DNA from: Eledone cirrhosa
Taxonomy: Eukaryota
Reading direction: 5' to 3'
NCBI GenBank assembly: GCA_964016885.1
Contig: OZ024740.1
Location: 407,836,001-407,900,000 of the forward strand
Length of the DNA: 64,000 nucleotides
Both the position numbers and the translations under genes were made by a program. The notes under the pieces were generated by a model. The model ran no database searches and was not told the DNA's origin. It worked only from the letters and a program-made list of their open reading frames with translations. Each line of letters opens with the position of its first letter. Within the stretch, counting starts at the first letter, position 1. Positions 11,790 to 24,005 of this stretch are shown here, piece by piece.

Positions 11790-13080
11790 AACATGAAGAA
11801 AAATGAAAGGAAATAATCTTAAAATAGCATTAAAAAAACAATAAGTTCTGAAAATGTAAGCTATGGGTACACAAGGGATGTAGTCAGATTTCAAGCAAGC
11901 TAGCAAAGAATGTAGGGTTTGTATGTGGCTGAAGCTCAAGAGCAATAGCGAGAGTTCACAGGAAACAAGCTCTATCAAATACTCAGATGGATCCCTAGAA
12001 GTAGTTGAGAGAATTTGCTACCTGGAAGACCAAATTAGCAGGCCGGACGGGGGGGGGGGGGGGTAGTCAGAGTGATGACCGGTTGGAAAATGTTCAGGGA
12101 GCTACTACCACTGTTAGCTACAAAGAGTCTTTCCCTTGGAATGAAAAGCAGATTGTATGATGCTTGGGAGCAACAACAATGCTGAATAGAAATGAAATTT
12201 GGGCTTTGTATACAATGGACTTACAAAGATTGGAAAGAAATATGGCAAGCAGGCTCTGATGAATGTATAATACATGAGTGACGGAGTATCAATGAGCTGA
12301 GAGAAAAACTGAGCATAAGAGGCAAGGAGCAGTGTACAGGAGAGGAGAATGCACTGGTATGGACATGTAATGCATATGAAATATGATAGTTGCATAAAAA
12401 AATGCAGAGCACTTGAAGTCGAAGAAACCTACGGAAGGAGAAGACCTGGGCTAACTTGGGATGATGTGGTGAAGGCTAACTTCATGCAACTGTACCTTAC
12501 AAAAGAGATGGTCCAGGATTGAGTTAACTGGTGACATGCCATACTGTAGGGGACTCATCTTCACATGCAAGCATAAGATGAATACATCTGACATCATCAC
12601 CATCAATCTCCTTCCACCTTAAACTGAAGCAGGGAGGTGGCACAACATTCAGATTCCCCCTAACCCAACCTCCCAGTATAATCCTGATTTCTTTATCTCT
12701 CTTGCCAGTATGATCCCTATTCCCCCCCCCCCCCCCCTGCCCATCTTCCCCTATATACTACCAACTCCCATCAATGCCTCCCCAATCAAACCAAGAACAC
12801 TAAACTCCCTAGTGTTGTAATGAGGTATTGCTAGTGCCACAACAAAAAGCATTCAGTCCCCACTGTAAGGTGGTAGCACCTGACTCACAATAAAATGCTC
12901 CCAGTACATGGTGTAAGATGGTTGGCATCAGGAAGGAGATCCAGCTGTAGAAGCAGACCAAAATGGAACGTACAAACATGACATGGTCACTGGTCTGGCC
13001 TCAGCATGCAACAACTCATCTATCCTATGTAAGCATGGAAAATAGACAGTAAATAGCGATGAAGATGGTGATGATGTTGT
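11790..13080 (+). pseudogene. Older degraded RTE LINE 3' half
   Basis: Remnants of CYL.DQIS, FRELLPLL, RR.HWYGHVM; diverged 3'UTR with ggttggcatcaggaagg. Confidence 0.75.
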
Positions 13081-13769
13081 ATTAATAAAATTGCAATATT
13101 CAGCTAATAAATACAAGTCATTTTCCTTTAACAATGTAATCTATTTCTCTCTGTTAATTTTTTCCTTACATTGCTGAAAAACAGTCAGAGAAATAGGTCT
13201 GTAATTCTTCCCTTATGGATAGGACCTGTACATTGCTTCAGCTTTGGGGGAAGTTTACCACTTCAAAAGAAGATTGAGAAAAGTATCTTAAGTGGTTTGC
13301 TTAGAGCCATTTGCATGTTTTTAATAACTTACTTGCCAATAAAACACAGCCATAAAACACCAGCACTGCTCATATCAAGAAAAGATCATTGCAACTCCCT
13401 TCACTTTAAACATGAGGCACATGCAAATAGAGTCCTCAGGATTACTCTAAATGTTATACCTCACTATCACTGAGGATCTTGCATGGTGAATACACATCCT
13501 TAGCATAGATAGGATTGTATCTCAAAGACTGGGTCTTCTCTTCAGAGCTAGAAATTACTGAGACTCCACAAAATTCAGGTGACACTCATAATGAAGCGCT
13601 GTCCCCATCCCACCATATATATATAATTGGTAAAGTGCCCTTAAGTCCTGGTGGAATTGTAAAGGTGCAGTCCAAACACATGGAATTTTGAACCTTGTGG
13701 AGTCCATCCCTCTCCAGGTTGGAACACAGCTGAGGGGTGGTGGTGAAGAATTGTCCCCAGTAATGGATA

Positions 13770-13905
13770 GCACTTTATCTATCAACTGTGAAAGGACGAA
13801 AGGCAAAATTGACCTCAGCAAGATTTGAACTCAGAGCGCAGTGACCTGGAACAGAAATAAAGAGGCACTTTAATCCAATACCCTAACAACTCTGCCAATT
13901 TGCTT
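13770..13905 (-). mobile_element. Diverged SINE S1 fragment
   Basis: aaggacgaaaggcaaaattgacctcagcaagatttgaactcag. Confidence 0.6.
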
Positions 13906-14748
13906 TATATATATGATGAAATAAACAGTTGATAGCACAACTGTCCTATATAGAATTCCACAAAAATTATATGAACCATCGAAGTTTATAGATAGCAAAC
14001 TACAAACGAAAACTTTACACACAAACCCAGCAACCTAGTAAAAAAGAAACAAAGAAACAAAAAAAAAATGACAGAAAACAATAACAATAAAGTGACAGAT
14101 TACTGAAAATAACTTAACAGTTACAGTCTTAAATCTAGTGATGACAATATTTATCAATAATATTCCCATGAACCTTACAAATGCAATCATATGAAACATC
14201 TCTAATAAATCCTTTCATCCATCTAGGTATAGAAATGTTGATTACTCTAGGAATGTTATTGCCCAATACTAAACAGAAAAGACTAATGAACATATTTCAG
14301 AGTTGTACACGTTTGATAAGTGACTTGATCAAAGACTGGGTTGAAACTGAAAATTTACATGATGGAAAAGTTGTTTAGCCACTTAAGAACATATAAAAAC
14401 TATAAACAGACACACAGATTTTGTATTCTCTTAAATGACTAAACTGCCTCTTTCATGTACCTACATACAAACACAAGAGAGAGAGGGGGGGGGGGAGAGT
14501 GTGTGTGTAAGTAAAAGCTTGTGTTTAAAAACTATACAACTAAATACCTAAGGGTCAGAAACATGAATGTATTAGTTGTAACTTGTGAATTTTCAACTTG
14601 AAAGCAATATGTCGTCATCATCGTAAGTCATGTAGCACTAACTGTATAAAAACAGAGAACGCCTACTATCCGCATCGCGAAATTTCATGCAGGGGAAATA
14701 ACTCCTGTCATAACTCATGAAAACTGTTGAGAAATTCTGACCTAAAGT

Positions 14749-14821
14749 AATAATTGTTTCTACTTTAGGCACAAGACCAGCAATTACCCAGTGCATTACT
14801 GGTACTTTATTTTATCGACCT
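14749..14821 (-). mobile_element. SINE S1, 3' fragment
   Basis: Tail through ttatcgacc. Confidence 0.75.
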
Positions 14822-15555
14822 TGACATAAAAACCAAATTTTGTCAAAACCAAATATAGTTGATATTGACCAAAGAAGTATAAAAAGCAACACCAACGCTA
14901 TCAACATTCAAACTTAGTACAATAAAACACCAAAATAAATACAATAACGCATATACTAGGATAATGAATAATTATTTAAGTAAAATACAGCCAATAATAA
15001 TAGCTATGTTGATATAGTTCTAAACTGGTTTTATTAGAAAGTCTATTATTTATTTATCACTTTTATTTGTTAGTGCTATTTATTGATCCTTCTTATTTAT
15101 TTATTGCTTTTGTTTAATTAGTTGCTTGCAGGGAAAGTGGATGTTAAACGATGATGACGATGACTTATTTTGGAAATTACTGGAATAGGATGATAATAAT
15201 TGATGAGGCAGTAATGGATTTTTCCCTATCTATAAACAGTTTAAACAAAAGCAAGTTAATATATTCAGCAAAGTAAATAAGCATTTGTGGTCTCTATATA
15301 TAATCAACACTGGTTTTTGCAAGGTACATATTTTTGGTGTATCACCATCTGATTGTTATTTATATTGATGTAAGCTGCAATGTATTTTTTTAGTGCTGTC
15401 AGCGTAAGAGATGAGATAGCCATGGTCTGGTATAGCTGGTGTTCAACTTGAATTTTTGTAGGTTAAAAGGTCTATAAGAAAAACTTGGGCGATGACAGAA
15501 GTCTAGGTAATGGCATACTGGAAAGGAAGAATTAAGCAATGTATTTAGGGTTTAA

Positions 15556-15773
15556 CCCTTTAGCATTCACATTACTCTCTGTATACTATTGTTTTTTGAA
15601 GTAAACACTATCTTACATAATTATCTCACATAATATCGAATCTATGAGATTTTGATGTTATTTATTTTCAGAACAACACCTTAACATCACTATAAGCAGC
15701 CAGTTTGAACTGGTTTGAACAGAAAGAGGTGAGACATTTCTGGCTGGATATGGCCAGTTTGAACGCTAAAGGT
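15556..15773 (-). mobile_element. TTAA-flanked MITE, copy 3 (inverted)
   Basis: TTAA|CCCTTTAGCATT...AACGCTAAAGGT|TTAA; reverse complement of 5302-5522. Confidence 0.8.
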
Positions 15774-16303
15774 TTAAGAAGTATAGGAGTAGAGATGACA
15801 AAAGGAGAATAAAGTGAATCAAGTGATGGAAAGTGATGCACACACAACTGCAGCCTGGGTATTTAGCACCCCTAGCTCTATGAGGTGAGTTTGTTAAGCT
15901 GATGAACATAGTTTTTTTCCACTACACAGTAAACACCAAATCATGTGACAAGCTTAACACCATACAATCTTCTCTGCCACTTCCACAACACTGGTCTGTG
16001 GCAAAGATGTTTAGTGATTTATCTATTGACCAGAGGAAATTATTATATATTTAATTAAATAAATTTGTATAAAACTGATCCTTTAAAGTTCAGTAATGTG
16101 ACTCTCTGATGTCTGCACCCCAATTAGCTGCTGAATTGGCTTAATGGAAGTGCCAGCCTTGAATGAACAGCTAGCTAGTTCAAAGGAATAGATGTCATTA
16201 TAGTAACAGAGAACAGTATATTTCTGAGAACAGTATATTTCTGGGATATAGACTGTAGGTGAAGATGGTGTGTGTGTGTATATATATATATATATATGTG
16301 TGT

Positions 16304-16349
16304 GAAGGCACGTGGCTGAGTGGTTAGAGAATTGGATTCACCATCATGC
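16304..16349 (+). mobile_element. 5' head of CORE-type SINE S2 split by RTE insertion
   Basis: TGGCTGAGTGGTTAGAGAATTGGATTCAC identical to intact copy at 23800; remainder at 17787-17960. Confidence 0.8.
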
Positions 16350-17786
16350 CATGTATAGGGGAGCAGTCAGCAAAGTTAGGATTAGCAATGAGTATAGTGA
16401 GGAATTTAGCGTACAGGTTGGGGTCCACCAGGGCTCTGTTCTTAGCCCCCTCCTGTTCATCATAGTCCTGCAGGCAATAACGGAGGAGTTTAAGACTGGA
16501 TGCCCATGGGAACTCCTGTATGCTGATGACTTCGCACTCATAGCTGAATCTATGGTAGAACTAGAGAATAAATTCCAAACTTGGAAGCAGGGACTAGAAA
16601 GAAAGGGTCTCAAAGTCAACATGACAAAGACTAAGGTCCTTGTAAGTAGACGAGAAAACAGAACCCAGATCCCCTCAGGGAAATGGCCTTGCTCAGTATG
16701 TAGGAAAGGTGTAGGTAGGAACTCCATTCTCTGCCCCAAATGCAAACAATGGGTACACAAGAGATGTAGCGGGATCTCAGGAAGCTTAATTAAGAATGTA
16801 GGCTTCACATGCAGCAGCTGTGCTGAGACAGCAAGCAGCAAACAGCCACAGGAAACAAGTACCACCAATCTCTGGGAGGGCTCTGTAGAAACAGTAGACA
16901 GCTTCTGCTACCTAGGTGACCGAATTAGCAGCGGAGGTGAGTATTCAGAAAGTACAATAACTAGGGTAAGAATGGGATGGAAGAAGTTTAGGGAACTACT
17001 ACCACTGCTAGATGCAAAAGGCTTCTCCCTCAGAATGAAAGGCAGACTGTATGATGCGTGTATCCGAACAGCAATGTTGCATGGTAGTGAGACCTGGGCG
17101 CTGAAGGTGGAAGACTTACGTAGATTAGAGAGAAACGAAGCCTGCATGCTCCGATGGATGTGTAACAGTAATATACGTGAATGACAAAGCATAAATGAAT
17201 TGAGAGAGAGACTGACCATAAGAGGAATCAAATGCTGTGTGCAGGAGAGGCGGTTGCACTGGTATGGACATGTGATGCGTATGAAGGATGACAGCTGCAT
17301 AAAAAGGTACAGAGCACTAGAAGTTGATGGAAACCGCGGAGTGGGGAGACCCAAGATGACCTGGGATGAGGTGATAAAAGCCGACCTTACCCAATTACAC
17401 CTCTCAAAGGCAATGACACATGACCGTGACTTCTGGCGTCACACAGTAATACAGAGTACCCGACCTCCCATGGGTACAAGCTGAAGCATATAGACAATAT
17501 GCCCCCACACCCCCCACCGCAAGGTGGTCGTGGAAGTGCCACGGCAAAAAAGCACCCAGCCCACACTGTAAAGTGGACGTGTAGGCGCCACGAAAAAGCA
17601 CCCAGCACTCACTGTAAATGAGGTTGGTGTTAGGAAGGGCATCCAGCTGTAGAAATCAAGCCAAATCAGTTCCTGTATGAGCAAGGCATGGTCAGCCGAC
17701 CAGACACTGCCCACAACAGGACAACCCGTCTAACCCATGCTAGCATGGAAGAACGGATGTAAAACGGTGATGATGATGATGATCAT
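16350..17786 (+). mobile_element. 5'-truncated RTE LINE subfamily A (RT, PHD finger, C-terminus, 3'UTR)
   Basis: GVHQGSVLSPLLF, LLYADD, C4HC3-like PHD, YLG, RRLHWYGHVMRM; single in-frame TGA at 17182-17184 (CGA in copy at 56733); TSD CATCATGC at 16342-16349 and 17787-17794. Confidence 0.95.
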
Positions 17787-17960
17787 CATCATGCGGTTGT
17801 GATTTCAATTCCCAGACCTGGCGATACATTATGTCCTTGAGCAAGACATTTTATTTTACATTGCTCCTTCTGCCTGGATTTGCAACCAACAGATAGTATT
17901 AGCAATTGGAAAGACCAATGGAAACATTGTTTCCAAGGTCCGATTTGACGAACTCCACCC
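17787..17960 (+). mobile_element. 3' part of the split CORE-type SINE S2
   Basis: Collinear with 23835-24000. Confidence 0.8.
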
Positions 17961-18439
17961 TTCTCGTTATTTTGTTCATGCATATATATATATAGTGAAT
18001 TTGTGTGTGTGTTTGAAAAGACAATAAAAACAAAGAGATGATTGTTTGAGAGTGATATTGGGAGTGATGGAGATGCTGTGGTGGTCAGATTTACCTAAAT
18101 AGCCTTTAGTGAAGATATTAGATAAAAATCAAAATATAAAACAAAGTTAATGAGTGTAAACATTTTTGTTGAGAGAATAGTATGAGTTGTTTGGAAGAGG
18201 TGGTGAAAATACCCTCATACAGGTCAGATTTCCCTCACTGGCCTTTAGTGAAGAAATAACAAAGTTTAATTTTTTGTGGAGAGAGAGGTGTGTTATTGTT
18301 CTTGTTGGTTTAGAAGGGGTGGTGAAAATGCCCTCATACTTACACACATAGCTCTACATATAAATACACACCTACATACATATACATATATATGCACATA
18401 TAAACACACACATATGTACATATTCTACAGACACTTGTA

Positions 18440-18660
18440 TCCTTCATGTGTATCTCAGGGAGATTCACCATGCATCTCAGAGAGATTCAGCATTACAGTG
18501 TGTGACAAGGCTGACTCCTTTAATTACAGGTACAACTGTGGAACAACGTGAAATAAAGTATCTTGCTCAAGGACACCATGCGCTACTTGGTTCGAGAATT
18601 GAAATCATGATCTTGGGATTGTGAGTAAAATACCCCAACCACCAAGCCACACGCCTTCAT
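18440..18660 (-). mobile_element. CORE-type SINE S2
   Basis: Reverse complement gaaggcgtgtggcttggtggttgg...gtccttgagcaagatactttatttcacgttg. Confidence 0.75.
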
Positions 18661-18734
18661 ATATATAAACATACATGTACACATACATGCCCACACACAT
18701 ATTCATATACATATATCCATGCATATTTGCATGT

Positions 18735-18885
18735 ATCATGGGCGGAGGTGGTAAGAGCTGACCTCAGATAGCTGAAGCTCACAGAGCAGATGAAGGACCG
18801 TGACGAATGGAGAGATGCTGTGTTGAATATGACCCGTTCCACCCTTGCAAGCAGGGAAAAGCAGACGTAAAATGATGATGATGAT
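18735..18885 (+). mobile_element. RTE subfamily C 3' end
   Basis: WAEVVRADL...DRDEWRDAV, short 3'UTR CCCTTGCAAGCAGGGAAAAGCAGACGTAAAA(TGA)n. Confidence 0.8.
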
Positions 18886-19084
18886 ATTCACGTGCATATG
18901 CAAGTATTAATATATACATATACAAAATGCATTCTCCTACATACATCACACACACAAATATGCACATACAAACATGTATGTATATATGCATGTACATACA
19001 CGCATACATACATATATATATATATATATACATTTGGATCTTTTTTTAAATGAGATGTTGAAAATGGCATTGTTGGAGGATGAA

Positions 19085-19320
19085 ATATATATGATTTTTG
19101 TACTTTCTAATGTAGAATTCTTCTTTGTATTTCCAGAAATGTTTGTTGTCCGACCATACTTTAAAGAAGGGGAAAATTGTGAATTTTCCCTTCCCATGTG
19201 ATGTGAAGTGTTCACTGCATGTGGTGTTTCTGACAGAGGGGTCTCTAGTTTGTTGGTTATGGAACCTAACCCTGTTATATAGACCTGTTCCAGTTTCTCC
19301 GATGTAGTACTCTATTATCA
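19085..19320 (-). pseudogene. Penelope-like element GIY-YIG endonuclease fragment
   Basis: YIGETGTGLYNRVRFH.....CSEHF.....FTIFPFFK.....KEEFYIRKY across ORFs 19046-19342 and 18946-19215. Confidence 0.8.
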
Positions 19321-19339
19321 TCCATATGCATCCCATGAC

Positions 19340-19570
19340 CATACCAGCACAAGTTTCTCTCTCACACTACACCTGATTCTTTTTACACCCCATTTTCTCT
19401 CAGTTTATCCATGCTTCATCGTTCAAGCACATTAACATTGCACATCCATTGAAGCATGCTTGCTTCATTTCTCTCTAGCCTTCACATATCTTCTGCATTC
19501 ACTACTTATGTCTCGTTACCATGCAGCCTAGCACATTACACTAACGCATCATACAGCTGGCTTTTAGAAT
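19340..19570 (-). pseudogene. Degraded RTE fragment
   Basis: Reverse complement resembles LHGNETW..RLERNEASML. Confidence 0.6.
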
Positions 19571-20077
19571 TCCATATTTAATCTCATCATTGTCATCAGT
19601 GGGAATTGTATCTTATCATCATCATCATCAGCCTAGTTAAATATATCATGCAAGAAAATGAACTCCTTGTGGTGATATGTTGAAGATTGAGTCATCTGTT
19701 AAGATGTCCATCTTCAGAGAAACATGTAATCAGTTCATTAGACTTGTATTTGTAAATTTCCTTCATGATCTAGCAAGACTTAAAAAATCTGTGGACACCA
19801 TAATAAATAACCATATAATATTCTATTTATTAATATAGACTTTTCTAAACAAAAAGATAAACAACTATTCATTTTCCTAAGTTAAATGTTTCAAGGGAAT
19901 TTCAACATGATGTTGTCAGGTGTATTATGAAATGAAAAAAATAAATAGACACTGCCATCTTCATTGAAGGTGGTGCCCCAATGTGGCTGCTGCATAATGA
20001 ATAAAACCAGTAAAACAATAAAAAAGACTTAGTAATATTTGATTGATTTCAAACATCTTCATAATTTTTTTTTTTAA

Positions 20078-20295
20078 ACAATTGTTTTTACTTTAGGCAC
20101 AAGGCCAGCAATTTGAAGGGCAGGGAAAAGTCTATTAAATTGACCCCCAGTGCAAGACTGGTACTTTATTTTATTGACCCTGTAAGGATGAAAGACAAAG
20201 CTAACCTTGGTACGATTTGAACTCAGGATGTAATGAGCCGTAACTCTGTGCTCCAAAGCAAGGTGCCTGACACTCTACTGTTACTGCCAATCCAA
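20078..20295 (-). mobile_element. SINE S1 long variant
   Basis: S1 consensus with extra ~30-bp segment before the tail. Confidence 0.8.
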
Positions 20296-20654
20296 GCATT
20301 AGGTTTAATAATATTATAAATGAGAGAACACATACATAATTCACAAATTCAGTGTATTTTTATTTTCACACATAATTTTATACAAATTCCTATATATTTA
20401 TCGTGTTTATTTGCTAGATTTGAGTGCTAAGCACCATATTTGGTTTCAATTCCCAATTATAGCTATTTTCGTGAACATTTTAGTTATTCTGGGAGAGAAT
20501 GAAAAAGGTGACATCAATCCTTGAGAGATATGAACTTTGAACACAGATGGCAGAGAGTCATAAGTTAGTATTGTAAACCATTTTGTAAAGTGTTGTACAG
20601 TTTATCGTAATTCACCTCCTTATATTATTAAGTAACAATAAAATGAACCATGAA

Positions 20655-20820
20655 AGGAGCATCTATATGATTGCTAGATATTGCAGCTAAATACCCACTA
20701 AATCACACTCTACTGTCTTAAGAGAGAAAAGACATTGGATAATGTATTCCTAGATACACTATATCTTGAAATAAAAGCTGTAATGCTTTTGATTAATGCT
20801 TAAGGTTGGACAACAATATC
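20655..20820 (+). repeat. Interspersed repeat family D (unclassified, ~170 bp, (CAA)-like end)
   Basis: gcagctaaat..caaatcacactctactgtcttaa..gacattggataatgt..ctagatacact; related copies near 38050/38790-38915, 54960-55055, 55450-55535, 58500-58675, 58725-58910. Confidence 0.6.
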
Positions 20821-21689
20821 TAACATCAAAGACACTCTTGGTAATATGCCTTCAGGCAAGTTCCTTGATATCTAGTTATTAATAAATACACAATAAAAAA
20901 CAAGAAACAATTGATTTATCTGCTATGAGGCATTAGATATGTTGGTGTCTTCAAAGACTGAGGCAATAATTTCAAAACAAGAATTATTTAATGCTAGACT
21001 GAATAAATAAGTGATCCAGTTGTTTGTAGTTTGGTGTTAAATTCTGTTTGAGATTTATTTATACTTTATTTCTCTGGGGTCAATAATAAAATAAAATTAT
21101 AAAAATATTATACTGAAATAATATAAAATAGCCTAAAATAGCATGAGTAGTAAATTTGCAGTCATTAGAACAGAGGATACAATAACTTGTGGTATTCATT
21201 TTGGTTCCCGAGTTCAAATGTCACTAAGGTCAACTTTATATTTCATCGTTGAGGGTCAATAAAATAAATAATTGTCTAGGGCAATGGACTAGTGGAATTG
21301 TTGAGCATCAGATAGGGTGATTTGCTGTATTTTTTCTGCTTCCGAGTTCTGAGCTCAAATCTTATTGTAGCCTACATAGGTGATAGACTTAATTGATCAT
21401 TTGGTTTAACACCACCACCTGACCTTTCAGGGTCTTTAGCAATGTTCAATCTGTTGCAAACTTTAGGGTAAGGTATCTGGTTTGAAGGTACATACTTTCC
21501 TCCCATTCATTGGTGCCAGAGGCCCTGAAAAAGGTTACTCTTCCCTTCCTGACTAAACAGTAAAACCCCAAAATAGTGGGATATAATTAAAGAAATAACT
21601 AAACCATATTTAAGTTAAAGACTCACCTAATTAACCTTTTGACATAGCTCTGCTTGACAAACATTTCATAGGCATAATACAGTAACATC

Positions 21690-21855
21690 AAGTTTTAAAT
21701 CTATAGATTTAAATGAATTTATGTTTCAAATAAAAAATAATAAAGTTTGGCTTTTATTGATTATCAGCATCAAAATATTAAGATTTAAATCCAAAAATTA
21801 AAATGAATTTATATTCTGAACAGAAAAGGATAAAGTTTTGCTTTTACTGATGATT
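21690..21855. repeat. Diverged ~90-bp tandem duplication (2 copies)
   Basis: tttaaatc..ttaaatgaatttat.tt..aa...taaagttt.gctttta.tga repeated. Confidence 0.65.
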
Positions 21856-22997
21856 ATGAATCTTTTCAAAAAAGAAACAAGATAACATGTTGATATTATA
21901 CAATAAAGCTATATTCGTATTAAGCCATTAAAGAGAGTATGCTTTTTCTTCATAATAATTGGCATTGAATAGGAAAAAATAATCCTTATTATGAATGACA
22001 GACCATGAAATTAATAAGAAAATGGATGCAAAAGAAAAATATAACTGGAAAAAGATAAAATTAAAAAAAACACCTGAAACCTCACACTACCTTCTCTCAA
22101 ATTTATATGTAATCAAATGGAAAACTATAGAAGCATTATTTTAATCTGGTATATGAAACTAAAAAAATGTTTAAATTTCTAATGTGGGAAGTTGACAGAC
22201 AGTTGCTCTAATTCTAAGGTGTAGCATCTGTCTTTATTCTAAATCTAAAGATAGATTACATGTCATTTTTTTTTTAAGAAATACATTTCTAGTGCTTTTT
22301 AGTTTCTTGTAGAACTTAACATTTCTTTTCTCTTTTCCTTACACACTGAACAACAACCCAATTATGATTTAATTGTCAATTAAAAATCCCTTTTTATGCT
22401 GGCTGTATTACTTCTCTAACAAAACCCCTAACAACTGGATTTCTAGCATTCAACAGAAAAAATAGAATTATTAAAAATACGACTATATAAAAAGCATTAT
22501 AATATAATGTGTGTAAAAGAATATATAATTCCTTATTTAACACATTAAAACAATTGATAATTAGTGGAATACAAGTACAGAATGGATAATGTAAATTAAT
22601 TATTTTCATTAGATTAAGTTCTTTATTCAATATTTTTAGCAAAGATGCTATTAATTTTGAATTTGTTGTATCAGGGCTAGGTATAACTTTTATATAACAA
22701 ATATAAACTTTAAGAATTGGTTTAATCAATTTTAAGTTGTTTCTTTATAATATAAATCTTCATTCCTTCCTAAACAACAACAAACAAGGCATACTCTAAA
22801 TTCAACATTTTTATCATAAACTGACGTCTTCCCAGTTAAATAGTTGAGAAAACTTAAAAACACAACCAAATACTGGCTTTCAAAATAAAAGAATATAACT
22901 ACTTTTTCTTCTTAAATGAAAAAATACTTTGAAAAGAAACAAATACTGTATCAATAATTAAATACAGATATTTTGGAAACAACCCAAGCTGACTTAC

Positions 22998-23044
22998 CTG
23001 ACCTGCATGAGGAAAATAACTGAAGCTTCACATTTCTCACTTAC
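22998..23044 (-). other. Candidate 47-nt exon / recursive-splicing (RS) exon
   Basis: Minus strand: tttattgatttctttttAG|GTAAGTGAG...ATGCAGGTCAG|GTAAGTC; consensus acceptor and two consensus donors; one open frame VSEKCEASVIFLMQV. Confidence 0.5.
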
Positions 23045-23264
23045 CTAAAAAGAAATCAATAAATATATATCAATAACTCTGGTGTAATATTTAGTTCCAA
23101 TGATTATTGCAGCTAAACCAAAATTTATTTATTATTTCACTAGACATTTCTAAATTGTAATACACATTATCAGGTGCTAAATAGTGTTGAAAGAAACATT
23201 GCACAGCAAGAGTAACTTTATTTCAATGCTTAATCAATGAAAAGTAAAACAAATGACATTTGAA

Positions 23265-23370
23265 ATAATTGTTTCTACTATTGGCACAAGGCCAGCAATT
23301 ATTCCAGTACATTACTGGTACTTTATTTTATCGACCCCCGTAAGGATGAAAGGCAAAGTTAACCTCGGCT
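23265..23370 (-). mobile_element. SINE S1, 5'-truncated, TSD TGAAATAAT
   Basis: tgaaataat on both sides. Confidence 0.85.
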
Positions 23371-23790
23371 GAAATAATATTGACTCCTTTGGGCCAAGTT
23401 ATTCAGAAGGAAAACTCCTGTATATTATTTATGCTTATTTGATTCCAAAGATGTAGAAAGATGTAAAGTAATTGACATGATATTGGATAAAATATTTGCA
23501 TGGGAAATCTCAGCCATTTCTGCTATTGTTTGTATTTTACATTTGTTTCTATCTTGGTTTGCATTAAATATATTTGCATGATTATATTGTCCCTTTCATC
23601 TGTCCTTAACTGAATTGTAGTATATTAAAATATTTAACATATAAGATGTTATCCACAAACTTAATACGCTCAAATTCTGCTACATAAATTGTTTTAATTT
23701 CAAACAATGTGACTTACAGAAAAAATAGGAGCAGTAGAGAACAATTTGAGAAAACTGAAGATAAATTTTAGTTGAATATGATTTACAGTG

Positions 23791-24005
23791 TGAAGATGTG
23801 TGGCTGAGTGGTTAGAGAATTGGATTCACAATCTAGAGGTTGTGAGTTTGATTCCTGGACTGGGCGATGCGTTATGTCCTTGAGAAAAGACACTTTATTT
23901 CACGTTGGTCCTTCTACCTGGAGTTGCGACCGATAGATAGTACTAGCAACTGGAAAGACCGACAAAAACATTGTTTCCTCGGTCCGACTTGACGAAAGCC
24001 GATCG
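23791..24005 (+). mobile_element. CORE-type SINE S2, full length
   Basis: A-box TGGCTGAGTGG, B-box GAGTTTGATTCC, CORE-like GTCCTTGAGAAAAGACACTTTATTTCAC. Confidence 0.82.
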
